DNA of 64,000 bases. Origin: Neoechinorhynchus agilis. Its lineage: Eukaryota; Animalia; Acanthocephala. A program made the translations under genes and the position numbers. Below the pieces are notes generated by a model, which saw only the letters and a program-made list of their open reading frames with translations, made no database searches and was not told where the DNA came from. Every line of letters starts with the position of its first letter. Within the stretch, counting starts at the first letter, position 1. Location of the stretch: NCBI GenBank assembly GCA_051530055.1, contig CM121341.1, positions 4,380,784 through 4,444,783 of the forward strand, read 5' to 3'. Below are positions 45,468 to 57,999 of the stretch, one piece after another.

Positions 45468-47274
45468 TTGCAGGCAGCGTTAAACTTATATCTGCTGGGA
45501 CCATGACTTTTCCAGTGAGTTGGGGACTCCACTCTACACCAGGTTCGTGGAATAACGAGGTGGTAATCGACGCTCCGTTTCGTTGTAAGTAGACTTCCAA
45601 GAAGCTGATCCGACCATTTTTGTCTTTTGGGGGTGATTGTCCACATTATCGACGGGTTTATCGCGTTCAGCTGTTTCTCCAGCTTCATTTTGATAGGGCT
45701 CTCGTTTGTAATCACGAACACGTCGTCGAAATACCTGAACCAAACCTTGATTTATGGGAACTTCACCAATAGCTCTTTTTCGTATGGTCCCGTGCACACG
45801 AGTCCAAGGATCAAATGAACTCTCCTTCTACATGTGATTTTAGATGCTTGATAAGAAGGTTGATGCCTCGAAAATTTGCATGTAAATCTCGAAGAGGGAA
45901 AACTCGCCGTATAGAGAAAATAAATCTAGAATTTCATGTGCGGGAGTTTGCTCACCAAAATTTAACATAAATAATTCAATCTTCAAACATATAAAGCGAA
46001 TTGTTGGCGACGAAGGATTGGACGGTTTGCAGGCAGCGTTAAACTTATATCTGCTGGGACCATGACTTTTCCAGTGAGTTGGGGACTCCACTCTATACCA
46101 GGTTCGTGGAATAACGAGGTGGTAATCGACGCTCCGTTTCGTTGTAAGTAGACGTCCAAGAAGCTGATCCGACCATTTTTGTCTTTTGGGGGTGATTGTC
46201 CACATTATCGACGGGTTTATCGCGTTCAGCTGTTTCTCCAGCTTCATTTTGATAGGGCTCTCGTTTGTAATCACGAACACGTCGTCGAAATACCTGAACC
46301 AAACCTTGATTTATGGGAACTTCACCAATAGCTCTTTTTCGTATGGTCCCGTGCACACGAGTCCAGGGATCAAATGAACTCTCCTTCTACATGTGATTTT
46401 AGATGCTTGATAAGAAGGTTGATGCCTCGAAAATTTGCATGTAAATCTCGAAGAGGGAAAACTCGCCGTATAGAGAAAATAAATCTAGAATTTCATGTGC
46501 GGGAGTTTGCTCACCAAAATTTAACATAAATAATTCAATCTTCAAACATATAAAGCGAATTGTTGGCGACGAAGGATTGGACGGTTTGCAGGCAGCGTTA
46601 AACTTATATCTGCTGGGACCATGACTTTTCCAGTGAGTTGGGGACTCCACTCTACACCAGGTTCGTGGAATAACGAGGTGGTAATCGACGCTCCGTTTCG
46701 TTGTAAGTAGACTTCCAAGAAGCTGATCCGACCATTTTTGTCTTTTGGGGGTGATTGTCCACATTATCGACGGGTTTATCGCGTTCAGCTGTTTCTCCAG
46801 CTTCATTTTGATAGGGCTCTCGTTTGTAATCACGAACACGTCGTCGAAATACCTGAACCAAACCTTGATTTATGGGAACTTCACCAATAGCTCTTTTTCG
46901 TATGGTCCCGTGCACACGAGTCCAGGGATCAAATGAACTCTCCTTCTACATGTGATTTTAGATGCTTGATAAGAAGGTTGATGCCTCGAAAATTTGCATG
47001 TAAATCTCGAAGAGGGAAAACTCGCCGTATAGAGAAAATAAATCTAGAATTTCATGTGCGGGAGTTTGCTCACCAAAATTTAACATAAATAATTCAATCT
47101 TCAAACATATAAAGCGAATTGTTGGCGACGAAGGATTGGACGGTTTGCAGGCAGCGTTAAACTTATATCTGCTGGGACCATGACTTTTCCAGTGAGTTGG
47201 GGACTCCACTCTATACCAGGTTCGTGGAATAACGAGGTGGTAATCGACGCTCCGTTTCGTTGTAAGTAGACGTC
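45468..47274 (-). mobile_element. Tandem 559-bp repeat (3.2 copies) of a decayed Penelope-like RT fragment
   Basis: Period 559 (45469, 46028, 46587, 47146). KVWFRYFDDVFVI, LNAINPSI, ISFLDVYL..NG..ITTSLF and HWKSHGPSRYK appear in shifting frames. Confidence 0.8.
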
Positions 47275-47319
47275 GGGTTTGAGCTTCCCATTCAATGACT
47301 CATCAGATAAAAGAATTTA

Positions 47320-47736
47320 TTAGAAGGATTGATACAGTCTTTCTGGACGAAGACCGTCCTCGATGACTAACATTCTGAACCTCGACGCTTTGTTCATTGC
47401 TAATTCGACAGGATTTCCGATTTCCACGATTCGACCTTCATCAATGACCTGTTCAGTTTTACGGAGACGTTACACACTGGACCCACAAAAAAATCACTGA
47501 CCATAACATCGTCATAATCGATTATTGTTTTTATGTGATGAGCGATTGTTATGACGGTACATTCAGAGAATTCGTGTCTAATAACTCTTTGAATTATTTT
47601 TTCTGTTTCAGCTTCCAGATTAGATGTGGCTTCGTCCATGATAACAAGTTTTCTTTTTCGAATGATTGCACGAGCCATACTGAGAAGTTGAAGTTGTCCG
47701 AAACTGAAGTGTTCCTCGAAACCGGATCCACGCACA
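47320..47736 (-). pseudogene. 3' end of an ABCC/MRP transporter gene (last two exons, 53-nt GT-AG intron 47501-47449)
   Basis: FSFGQLQLLSMARA, VIMDEATSNL, CTVITIAH, then VIDEGRIVEIGNP...YQSF*. No 5' part is nearby. Confidence 0.85.
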
Positions 47737-49479
47737 AAACCGTCCAATCCTTCGTCGCCAACAATTCGCTTCGGCACTCTGCTCCAGGATCTCTCGAATA
47801 AATTGCGAAGGGGTGGGCCCTTGCTAAATCGCTATATTTTCGTACCTTCCTCCTTTCCGCTGCACCTCCAGCGATTTCGAGAGAGTAGGGAATGTTGCTT
47901 ACTTCGAGAGACGTTGCGTCCCAGAGAAGGCATTTGCCCTCCCGCCGCAAAAAGATCGAAATTCCGTCAGGTCGACAAAAATGGGCGGGTTCCAAGATGT
48001 TGAGGAAGTTCACCGTTCTCAACGCCCGAGAAATTACGCTGTTGATCTCAGAATGGCGTAAGAACCTTCCTCCTGACTTTCGGCAAACGAAGCCGTGTCG
48101 CCCTCAACCAAAGACCCACATCGACAGCGATTGGGCGTGGATATCGGGAGACCAAGTCTTAAGGATACTGCGATCCTCGTTACCTCGTCAGTAAGAAGAG
48201 TTCCCACTGATGCCAGAGGAACAGCCTCCAACCACGCCCCCGATTCTCGTGTTGAAACTGCCAACAGTCTAGCTCGGACGACCCCGTCGCGGGAACTTGA
48301 AAGTAGAGAGCTGTGAGATCTCGAGACGAGAGGTCCGTCCCAGATCGACTGTCTGAGGCCATTCACGGGAACATGGTTAGCGCCTGTCTGCTGGCACCAT
48401 TCTTCAACCGCCAACACAAAACCTTGGTCAAGACAAAACTTTTTCCTCAAAATTTTCTTCGCTATCGGTTGACTTCCCTCATACGATCCAAGAAAGGCTG
48501 GCAAGGTCTACTAGCGCTCGAATGTCCATTCCCCCAGATGACAGAGGCAATGAAGATTGTCGCCACGCCTCATCTGTGAGCTGGACATTTAAAATACGCT
48601 CGAGACAAGCCCTCACCTTTTCGTCGAGCTTAGCCAATCCTTCCTTATGTTTGAAGAATGTTGCTGTGCGGACCTTATATAACGATTTCGGGATAAAGAG
48701 TGCGTTCTTTATCATAAATAACCCTTATGCCGAAAGAGCGCTCACCCTATCGCACAGCAACGAAAGTTTCGGTATGAAAAGACCGATCTCATCTTCCACA
48801 TTTGAATCAAAGACGCAACTACCCAGGAGACTGAGTTGCTCGGGAGTCACGAGTTTCAGACCTGGAGCTACGGCCTCGAACCCATCCATTAGCTCCTTGG
48901 CTTTCGCGGCGTCTCCGATATTTAATACTAGGAGCTCACACTTTCCAGCATTGAGCTCAATGCTAATTCTCGAGATCTCCCTAATCAGCGTCTTCGAATC
49001 GCGCAGTACAACGGAGGAATCACCTCTTTACTGTTATGGAGAATGCGATTGGACCGAAAGGAAATACAGCCATAAAAAAAGATGTCTCCCAAGATTTAGA
49101 AAGCATTGATAAAAAAAGAATCCACGCGAAGACTTAATACGCGAAAAATGTGAGTATGCGCCAAAATCGCGACCTAGTCGACTTCAGCTAATTTACTGGC
49201 GACTTCAGAGACGAGTTTCTCGTTTTACTGGGTGTATTTCTAGGATTCCGATTCCATCGTTTCTCCGAGGACCATTAACAAAAGTGTTCATACTGGTTTT
49301 CGGAGTTGACCCATATACATTGGAAGGGCCAGCGCCTTCGTTAGCGAAGTTCTTCAACAGACCTCTTCTTCGTGAAATTCCAGTACATCCTCAAGCCGTA
49401 ATATTCGCATCGGAAATCGCATTATCATATTTTGCCAATATTCACAAGAGAGAAAAATCACTAAATTTGCAAGAATCAT

Positions 49480-49758
49480 TAAAAGTGCCCATAATTCATG
49501 AAGATTATTTTGTAAAGGAGTACCAGTAAGAAGAAGTCGATTTGAAGATTTGAGGGTTCTTACAGCCTTTGAGAGTTTAGCGTCTTCATTTTTGATCCTG
49601 TGAGCTTCATCGATGATTAGATATCTCCACGCGAATTTCTTTAGATGGCATCGCTCGGATAGAACAGTTTCGTATTGAGTCACAATAACGTCCCATTTAT
49701 GCGGATGAGCAAGAATAGTTTTCTTTAGAATCAAAGCTCGTTCATCTTTGTATCCGAT
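49480..49758 (-). pseudogene. ISWI: Fragment of an ISWI/SNF2 ATPase (motifs Ia-III)
   Basis: IGYKDERA...WDVIVTQYE...[21 protein letters not shown]...[21 protein letters not shown]. Homology stops abruptly at both ends. Confidence 0.88.
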
Positions 49759-50959
49759 CGGCAAAGGACTGTCAAATGACGCTAAGGTATTTACAGCCCG
49801 GCCACCACAGTGGTCATCACAAATTCCTTTGCAAACGAACTCTACATGGCCGGTACGGAGATGCCGAAAACTTGACCAGTTCAGGATCCTCTTCGCAGTA
49901 AAGTTTCAGAGCGCATGGACAATAGCTTCCGCCCCGCAGGATGTGCAGCAGCCCAGTTGGACTGGGCGAAATTCCTGCCCGGTTTTGTCTGTAATACGTT
50001 TACAGGGAATTTTTCCTGCAAGTCGGCGTATCGGCGAAGATGCGGCGATGGGGCGAATCCCACTTTCATTTTTGTGAGGTACTTGATGGTGCTCCGAAAA
50101 ATAGGTCTTTTGCAACGGGATTCAGGTCCTCTTCAGTCAGGCGGCCGAGTAACCGAGAAAGCGACCTTTCTAGAGGGAGAGCTGCTTCACCAATTTTAAA
50201 CCTGTCAAGCCCATGGCCCGAACCATTTTCAGCTCTAAAATTTGAGTGGGTGTCCTGTTTTGTATGGGAGGAGGTGGAATTTCAAAACCTGTAGTGTCGC
50301 GTTGTCTCATTGTGCAAAACTGTTCGTGGATGACAATAATCGAATAGCCCCCCCGAACATCTCCGTCCGCAAGCTTCGAATAAACACGTTCAGTCAGGGA
50401 TCGTTTTGAAAAACGGCAACGAACCCCTTCCTTCGTGCGTCCCTTACGAACCTCGCGAAATTTCATTTCGAAATTGTTAAATATTTGTTCGAAGGAGGCC
50501 ACCCTTTCTTTTATTGTTGATGTCAAAGAAACCCCATAATCATCCCTGGTGCAAAGGACTAAGCGCTGGAATCCGAAGAGCCGTGTCCATGAAGGCGCAC
50601 AGTTCGTTTGCAGGCAATCATTGAGCAATCCCGTAAATGCTTTGGCGACCAGATATCGCGCGCCTTTGGGGATCCGTTTCAGGACGTTCCTGAGCAGAAA
50701 CCGCACGATATCAGGTATCGAAATAGAATCAGTGGTGATCTGAGAGGTCCCAGACATAAACAGATCGGTTGATTGTGGGGGAGAACCAGTCCCGCTACAA
50801 CGGAGATCCCGGGACCATTGGAAAGCAAAACCTCTTAAATTGGTTAATTTAAAAGACTTATCGCACCTTTTCCTAAGGAATGCACACACCAAATCTCGAA
50901 TGACCGTGTCCAAGTCGACGAACACACACTGTGCAACGGGCACTGCATCTCACTGAGCC

Positions 50960-52590
50960 TCTCAAGCCGCAATATCATTCCGTCGGTTGAATAGAGTGGA
51001 AAGTCTGTTTAACGGATTAAGGATCTCCGTAAACTTCATCACTTGATACTCGGTAGTCGGAGTCACCGCATTAAACTCTCGGTCTTGACAGAAACCCGGG
51101 ACTATAGCATGCAACTTAGGTCGTTTAACGGTTCTGATAATTTGTGTTTTACTGCGATCAGGTACAGTAGATGTATTTGAGGGCTCTGATTTCAATTGCC
51201 AATCACAAGTGGTTGCTCGAGTTAGAAGTCCAAAACGAGCAACACTCATACGAGTTTGAAACCAGATACAAGCGCCCGTTGGACGCAAATAGATTGTAGA
51301 ACCATTGTAACACTTCGTATCTTTAGAAAACAAATCAATTCGATCATCAGAAGAAGCGATCTCGGTATCAGTATGCTTCCCTACCATTCCGATGGGATCT
51401 TTTCCTCCATATCTATCTTCTGAAAGAGCCTCGTGAGCAACTTTATTCCGAAGACTCCCGAGGGATTGCAACAGCTCGATCGGAATGTTATCTGGACCCC
51501 GGCTCCTACCAGTCTTCATTTTCCTCAGCAGTGCAGCAACCTCATCGTCCAAGTACGGTCTCGTCACATTGACATTCGGGTGTACGTCCTCTAGAGGCAA
51601 TCTGTCATTCTCAGTGTTCAGTAGAGTGCTGAAACATTCCTTCCACCTATCCAAAATGTCCTTGCATTGGTCCAGCGTCGTTCCGCGGCTATCTCTGGTC
51701 ATTTTGAGGTGCACAATATCCCGCGTTTTTTATCCCTGACTTTGGCCAACCTGAAGACCATATCTATACAACTCCCTCGCTGTAATTGCTCGTACAGGTC
51801 GTTATCGGCTTCCCTCTTGGTTTTGGCACATTCTCGTGCATCCTTCCTTTTTGTCTGTTTGTAAACGCCTGCATTCGAGGCCGAAGCATCAAAATCCAAT
51901 CTTTTCCTGGCTGATTTTTTCAGACTGATTGCGTCCTTGACGGCTGGATTCCACCACCATGCCTCTTTTTTTTGGGATGGAGGTTTCCCCTATGTCATTC
52001 CTAAGATGTTCTTTGCTTCACTACAAATCGCTTCGGCTGTCTCATTCCACTAGCGTTCCAGTTCAGCCACATTCTCGCTCAATTTCTGGATAAGCACCAT
52101 TTTAATCTTTTCCCTGAGTATAGGATCTTTTAGCCTCCACCACTTGATTTTAGGCGCAATGCTCGTTGTCGGCTGTTTAGCTTTCCATCGAATATTGAGG
52201 TCCATCTCGAGCACTCGATGTTGCGTTCTGAACTTCACTCCATCTCCCTATCGGATACAAAATGAAATCGATTTGGCTTGATCTTCCACCGCTTGAGTAT
52301 GTGTAAAGGTGTCGAGGGTCTTTTTTGAAGTATTGGAAATACGCAACTCCAACGCTGCTGCTTAATCCAATTGTCTTACACTCTCCGTGTTTCTTGATCC
52401 TACATTGTGTCCACGGCGAACAGATTGGTGAATGTTGTCATCCAACCAAAATCGAAGCTTTTTTTAAGTGGACGACGGGTCATTCAGGTTGGACAAGGAC
52501 GTGGAGCGATCAATATCCACTTTTCAGGCGGACGATATTTGGTGCAACGGCTACAACGCCCGTTCTATCCATCGCCATTCTCTTCAGTTG
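50960..52590 (-). mobile_element. Degenerate RTE-clade LINE (APE + RT N-terminus)
   Basis: KIKWWRLKD, WWWN-type motif, DILDRWKECFSTLLN, EVAALLRKMKTGRSRGPDNIPIELL. Confidence 0.85.
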
Positions 52591-52724
52591 AGAGCGATCG
52601 TGCCACTGATGGACAAAATGGGATTTGATGTCATTGTTCCATGTTAAATCGCTCACAAATTCCGCTCATTAATTGATAAATTCATTCCAACATTTAAAGG
52701 CGGCTCATCTTAACACTCATTATT

Positions 52725-52916
52725 TTTTTTGTGTAAGTTTTTTTTAAAGTGAAAAAACCAAAAGTTAGTTTACGAACGCGTCTTCGAATCTGTTGTTTTC
52801 TATTTGGTTACTTTTCTTTACATTCACCACCTCCCACCAAATTCCAGCTTTTGTCCTTCCTCGACCGTCGCCATCACGCTGGCAGCATTGCCCCGTTGTA
52901 CTGCCAGCGAGATATT
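52725..52916 (-). mobile_element. 192-bp 5'-truncated CRE-like insertion with A-rich tail and TTATT target-site duplication
   Basis: Absent at the paralogous site (CACTCATTATTGAATTT near 36990). TTATT at 52720-52724 and 52917-52921. Body matches 32765-32889. Confidence 0.88.
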
Positions 52917-53164
52917 TTATTGAATTTATCGATAAAATACACATCTGATTGGAGTCCTTCAGGATTCCCTCAAGGTTTCCATCGCAGACCGAAGTATATT
53001 TCGACTCTTATAAGATTTCGTTAGTGGAGGTGTTCGCTGCCTCACTTTTTCTGGATTTTAGAATTGTGGCCGATTTAAGACATCCAACCAAAGAAGATGC
53101 TAAACTTGTGAGCCAAGTGAAAGATCACAAATTTATAGAAATAAGAAATTTCAAGCAAAGATTA

Positions 53165-54402
53165 TCACTCAAAGATACAGTCATTTTGTTTCGATAATTT
53201 TTCCATTACTTCACAAATACAAGAGCAGCTTTCATAGTTGTAGTCCATCGTGGAAATAATTATTATCAGCGATGGCAATAATACAGAAACGAGGATGCAA
53301 ACAAACAGAATCATTTTGGCAATCCGACATTTCAAATGAATTGTCACTTTCTGGTGTCTGAACTCCAAAATTACGCTTTTCACATTCATATTGAACCGAA
53401 ACATCAACTCTCTCAATTGAATTCATGTTAAAGTATTCATTGTGCTCGCTATGAGGTACCAAAAAGGCAAAGAAACTCTTCGACATACAAAGTCTTTCCT
53501 TAGAGCAAATAATTTGTCTTTCTAGTAAATTGAATCGCTTCATTTCACAGACATCAACAATATATTTAAGAGCATTTTCGGCTGAAAATATTATCGGCTC
53601 AACTTTTGTTATACTTTTCAATAATCGCTGTACATAAAATATTTGAGAAAATTAAAGATTAATTTAAGGTTTGACAAACCTTTTGAATATTATTTGAGTA
53701 GTCCTCGAACGGACCGCCGGATAAATTCAACATCTTTTCAATGATTCCGTTTCTGTTTCAATATTTTGCAAATGTCCACGAATTTGCGAAATATTCTTCT
53801 CAATCCTTTTCCAGTGCTCGATTTTACTTTTAATCATCGATTTACTCTTTGAGATTCTTGGCGGAACATTTAAATTAACTAAACCGATTCTTAATACCTT
53901 TCACGTTTAAAACGTATCAAATTATCTAAAGAATCAAATCGATCTTCAAAATTTGCAAAAGTATCACCGGTAATTTCCAATGAAAGATCAAAACATTTTG
54001 TACGAATATCTCTTAACTTAATGGACGCCTTAATAAGATTCTTTAGACTTTCCTAAAGATTTGTCAATATAAATTTAATTTTTGACAAAAATACAAACCA
54101 AATGGGCAACTTGAAGACTCCTCAGATCTGACCAATGGGAAAACTTCTTTAAGTCAATAAAATCGCAAATGTTATTTACGATATCCTCAACTGAATTAAA
54201 TCTTCTTTTTATATCTTCAAACTTCAACAAGTTTTCTGTATTCTTCTCTGAATTCAGTGCCTAACAACAGAATTTTTTATTTTCAATTGTTAATTTAACA
54301 TAAAAAAACCTCGTTGGCGATAAACCATTCAAAGTTTTGATCGGTTTCAATGACAATAAAATATTCTTTACTTTGATTGTTGATACTTAATGAATCGCTC
54401 AT
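53165..54402 (-). pseudogene. Copy 2 of coiled-coil/TM gene, frameshifted
   Basis: 1-nt deletion near 53739 gives an early TGA; 1-nt insertion near 53340. Confidence 0.65.
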
Positions 54403-54895
54403 TGTTTACTCTTCAAGCTTTCCTTTTTTTCGCTTACTGAGGCCACTGAAACTTTTCGTTCATTTGATTGGGATAAAGGAGAATCATTCTCGGTTTTTTC
54501 ACTTTACAATTTTTATAAATTAGCTTAAGAAATAAATGACCGGCGAAAAGATTATAAATGCGATAATAGCTAAGCTCAATCGAAAGTGTAGAAAATGTCT
54601 CCATTAGGAACAAATACAAAGCATTGAGTGTAAAAATTTAATGTTATTTCATTCAGTAATTAATGATTTTTGGAAAGGTGAGATTATGTTAGACAATTAA
54701 GAAGATTGTTCATTTTGCTCAATGTGCGTTAATTCGCTTATATTATTTAATACTTTTTGTTAAAAAGTAACATTTTTTAATTTATTTTTTCTCAAAAAAA
54801 TAGAAATAAGTTTTGGTTGACACAAGAAAAACTAAAAATCCAACGTTTAAGCGTTCTTTGACTCTTTTGCCCCAACCGGCATAAAACTTCTTCAT

Positions 54896-56291
54896 TTAAT
54901 TTCCGTTAACCGCGTCCTTTGGCTCCATTTGTCGAATATTTCCACGATAACAACCGTTAACTTTGCTTTGGGAAACTCCAGCTTGAGAAATTTTCGGAAC
55001 CATAGTTTTCCATGGAGGCTGAGACGAAATTCCAAATTCGCGTTTCAATATGTCACTGACTTTTTCGTCGCCATCGTTACCTGCTACTAAGAGTTCAGCG
55101 TCGTAAGTTTGGCTCAAATGATTAAAAGATAGGAATTTGCATTTTAGATGACCGAGAGGACCTTTCAGTGAATTAATTTTTATAAGGGCATTCTGAATTT
55201 GTCTCGAACTTCGTCTTATTTCATTAAGATCTCTGAATCGGCACTTGCGAGCAAATGGAGGTTCAGCAAGAAAACGAATATCAATTGGAAGACATTTGTC
55301 GACTTTATCGATTATTCCATAATCCAAAAGAAATACTTGGTATTCTCCTTTTGACCCGCTAATAATCGTCGCTCTTCTTGGCTTCTGATCGGTTCCGTGA
55401 AGAATCAAACAATAATCACCGTTTTGGAAATCAAAATCGGCCGATTCATCTTTTCCAATTGTATCTTCCAACTCTTTTTCAAGCTTGTTTAAACGTTCCG
55501 ATTTTGTATATTCTTGAATGTATCCTGTGTTAATTAAGCTGAGAGCCGAAATAATACATTCGGCAGTTTCCCCGGTCATATCTTCGTTGACGAACGGATC
55601 TCTTTTCTCCAATTCCTTCGTTATGTCCATTTGAAGCTCCGGAGGAATAAAACACGAAAGTTGTTCATTGGTTGCTTTGGCGAGATTTGATTTTAGAAGA
55701 TTGCTACTGACGTATTCCTGAATCTCCAAGTCTTTTAAGGTAACCTCAAAACAACCTTCAACTTCGTTTACTTTTAAAAAGGAACCCAGTAGGGTTCCGT
55801 TGTTTACTGCTGAATTGAACCTGAACACGGCATCCTGAGACCAATTCTCTTCTTTATTTTCATTTGGAAGAGGTTTAATGCCGAGAAGTTTACACTTTGA
55901 CGCAAATCTTGGCATTTTGGAGAAATTATTTTTTTAGAAGGTCGAATACATGACAGAGGGACGATTTCAGTGCGGCCTTCGTCCACTAAAAATGCGGGCA
56001 CTGTATCTGAATTTGGATTAGCGGCACCAATAATGGCGCGGTGCCACAATTCATCTTCCTGTGAGTAAATTACACTACGAAAGGAAACCATAATATTGAA
56101 ACTTTGGTGGATTTCGTTTTCGAATTTGTACGATTCTTGCAGTTGATTGTGAAAATGTTTATATACACCGATTGATCGTTTCGACGGACATAGAATTCAC
56201 TGGGATTTATGACATTGACGACGTTGACTTCACATTGCTGACCGGTAAAGTCGAGAACTGGACTTGTAACAGTTAAGGAATAGTCGCTCAT
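54896..56291 (-). pseudogene. Copy 2 of Tudor gene, broken into three ORFs
   Basis: Four small indels clustered at ~55930-56170 relative to copy 1. Assembly error cannot be excluded. Confidence 0.7.
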
Positions 56292-57999
56292 TTTAATTCG
56301 ATTAATTTTAATATTAGTTCAAAAGTTTATGTGTCTAATTGAAAATAGTAGATTAGCAGAAGTTCAGCAAACAGCAAAATAAAGTTGAAAGTCAAAGTGA
56401 GAAGTCCGATTGGGAATGAAGAAGCAACTGTTCGATACCTTTTTTTGGATGATCAACGTTTGGGGGGGTAGTGCTGTAAATGCAGCAGTCAATAAAAGCA
56501 GCCAATCAGAATGCTTAATTAAGCGCGTCGGATCGTGAAAAGTACCAATCTCACTTATGCGAATTAAAGACGATGCTTAATTATGAATGGATGGTCTCGT
56601 GACTAATTAAAGAAAATTGTTTTTGATATTTGTTCATGAAATGCTTTAGAGAAAAGAAAAATCTTCATTCTGCGCCGGTTTTTGCGCCACTTATCTGTAC
56701 GGTGATTCACTAGCGAGTATATTAAAAAAAATAGAGTTTTATTTTACTGTTTATTTAGTAACGTCTGTTTATTAATTCCGTATTTTAATTAAGGAATGGT
56801 AATTAATTAAGGTGATTTATCGATTTTAAATGGCAATTGCTTGATAGATGTAAGCCAATTTTCGAAGTCGTCAAAATAATTTAGTTCCACTTTATCAAGA
56901 TTACATTTGGTATTAAATACAGAAATTATAGATATTCATATCTATATAATAAATTAATTGATAAAGATGCGCTAATTATTGCATCATAATAATTAATTAC
57001 TTTTCGCTAGACAAAGCTGCGATATTAATTGTTTTTGGTATTTCCTAAGATGAAATGAAACAACGAAGAAAGTGGAAAAATTGCGCTGTGCGAATCGAGT
57101 TTTTGTGGTCGTAAATTAAAGATTAGTTTTTGCGGTACACATGAAAATGTTTTATTCGACTTTATAACTATTCCCTGCTATAAAATTGAGGTTTACTCCA
57201 CAATAAAAATTAGTGGCCGAATATAATCATCTGATATCCAAATTGCTTGTGTCCCACCATTCCTGGACCGCTACTAGAAATTCGTCCGACAAAACAGAAC
57301 AAATATGCGCCAAAAATTAACTCAGTTGTCCGTGGATGTTAATTTTTTCGATTAAAAGGTCGACTAGTCGACAAAGATGAGTAGCAAGGAAGTGGCCTGC
57401 ATCTCCAACTGAGAACGACATCATATCCTTAAGGTGCTGAGGATGAAGCCCATCGAGGCCTCTCAGTTCAACTGTCGAAGTGGAGTGTCTTGGATGGACG
57501 GAATATGAGGAATTTCCGTTTGGGTTGAACTTTGTGAATGCTTCAACTTTAAACCCTGAAGTGTTGAAGGCGAATCACTTGCAAATGTATCAGAGGAGGA
57601 CAAAATGCGAACGGCTCTCCGAACATCTCCACCAGCGAGTTTTGAAGATACCTCTCCGCAAGCGGTCTCGTAGATGTTCGATGGCAGTTAATCTCGTTCA
57701 CACATTGTTTGGAATCCTCCTTTGCTAAACGACGAATTCTCAAGAAACTTTCCTCAAAGAAAACGAGGCGTCTTTTAATTACCGAAGTGAGGGACTCTCT
57801 GAATTTTGATCGAAGCAGTCCAGCAGGAGTGTGGCAGTTGCTAAGCATCGTTAAAGCTCCTAAATCTAGACAAAGTTCGCGATAGAAATAGAGTTTAAAG
57901 TTCGACAAACCGAAAAAAGAATTTATTCTCTAGGCTAAAAACAACCATAAAAATCTTATTAGCATTGGATTTGGCCCTGGATTTCGTTTCTTCGTAAAA

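Larger units (their letters stand above)
45270..50943 (-). mobile_element. Near-full-length, interrupted CRE-like non-LTR retrotransposon
   Basis: VLKRIPKGAR, KLADGDVRGG, GIRPIA, CGAEAIVHAL, ELNAGKCELL, SSLPLSSGGM, GAWLEAVPLASVGTLL, RPDG...CLLWDAT; RLE tail QRGNAANV at 45270-45423. Confidence 0.9.

Noticed and set aside
47737-47777. IVGDEGLDG as native ABCC sequence
   Set aside because: This DNA is the inverted Penelope/CRE piece; the resemblance is coincidental.
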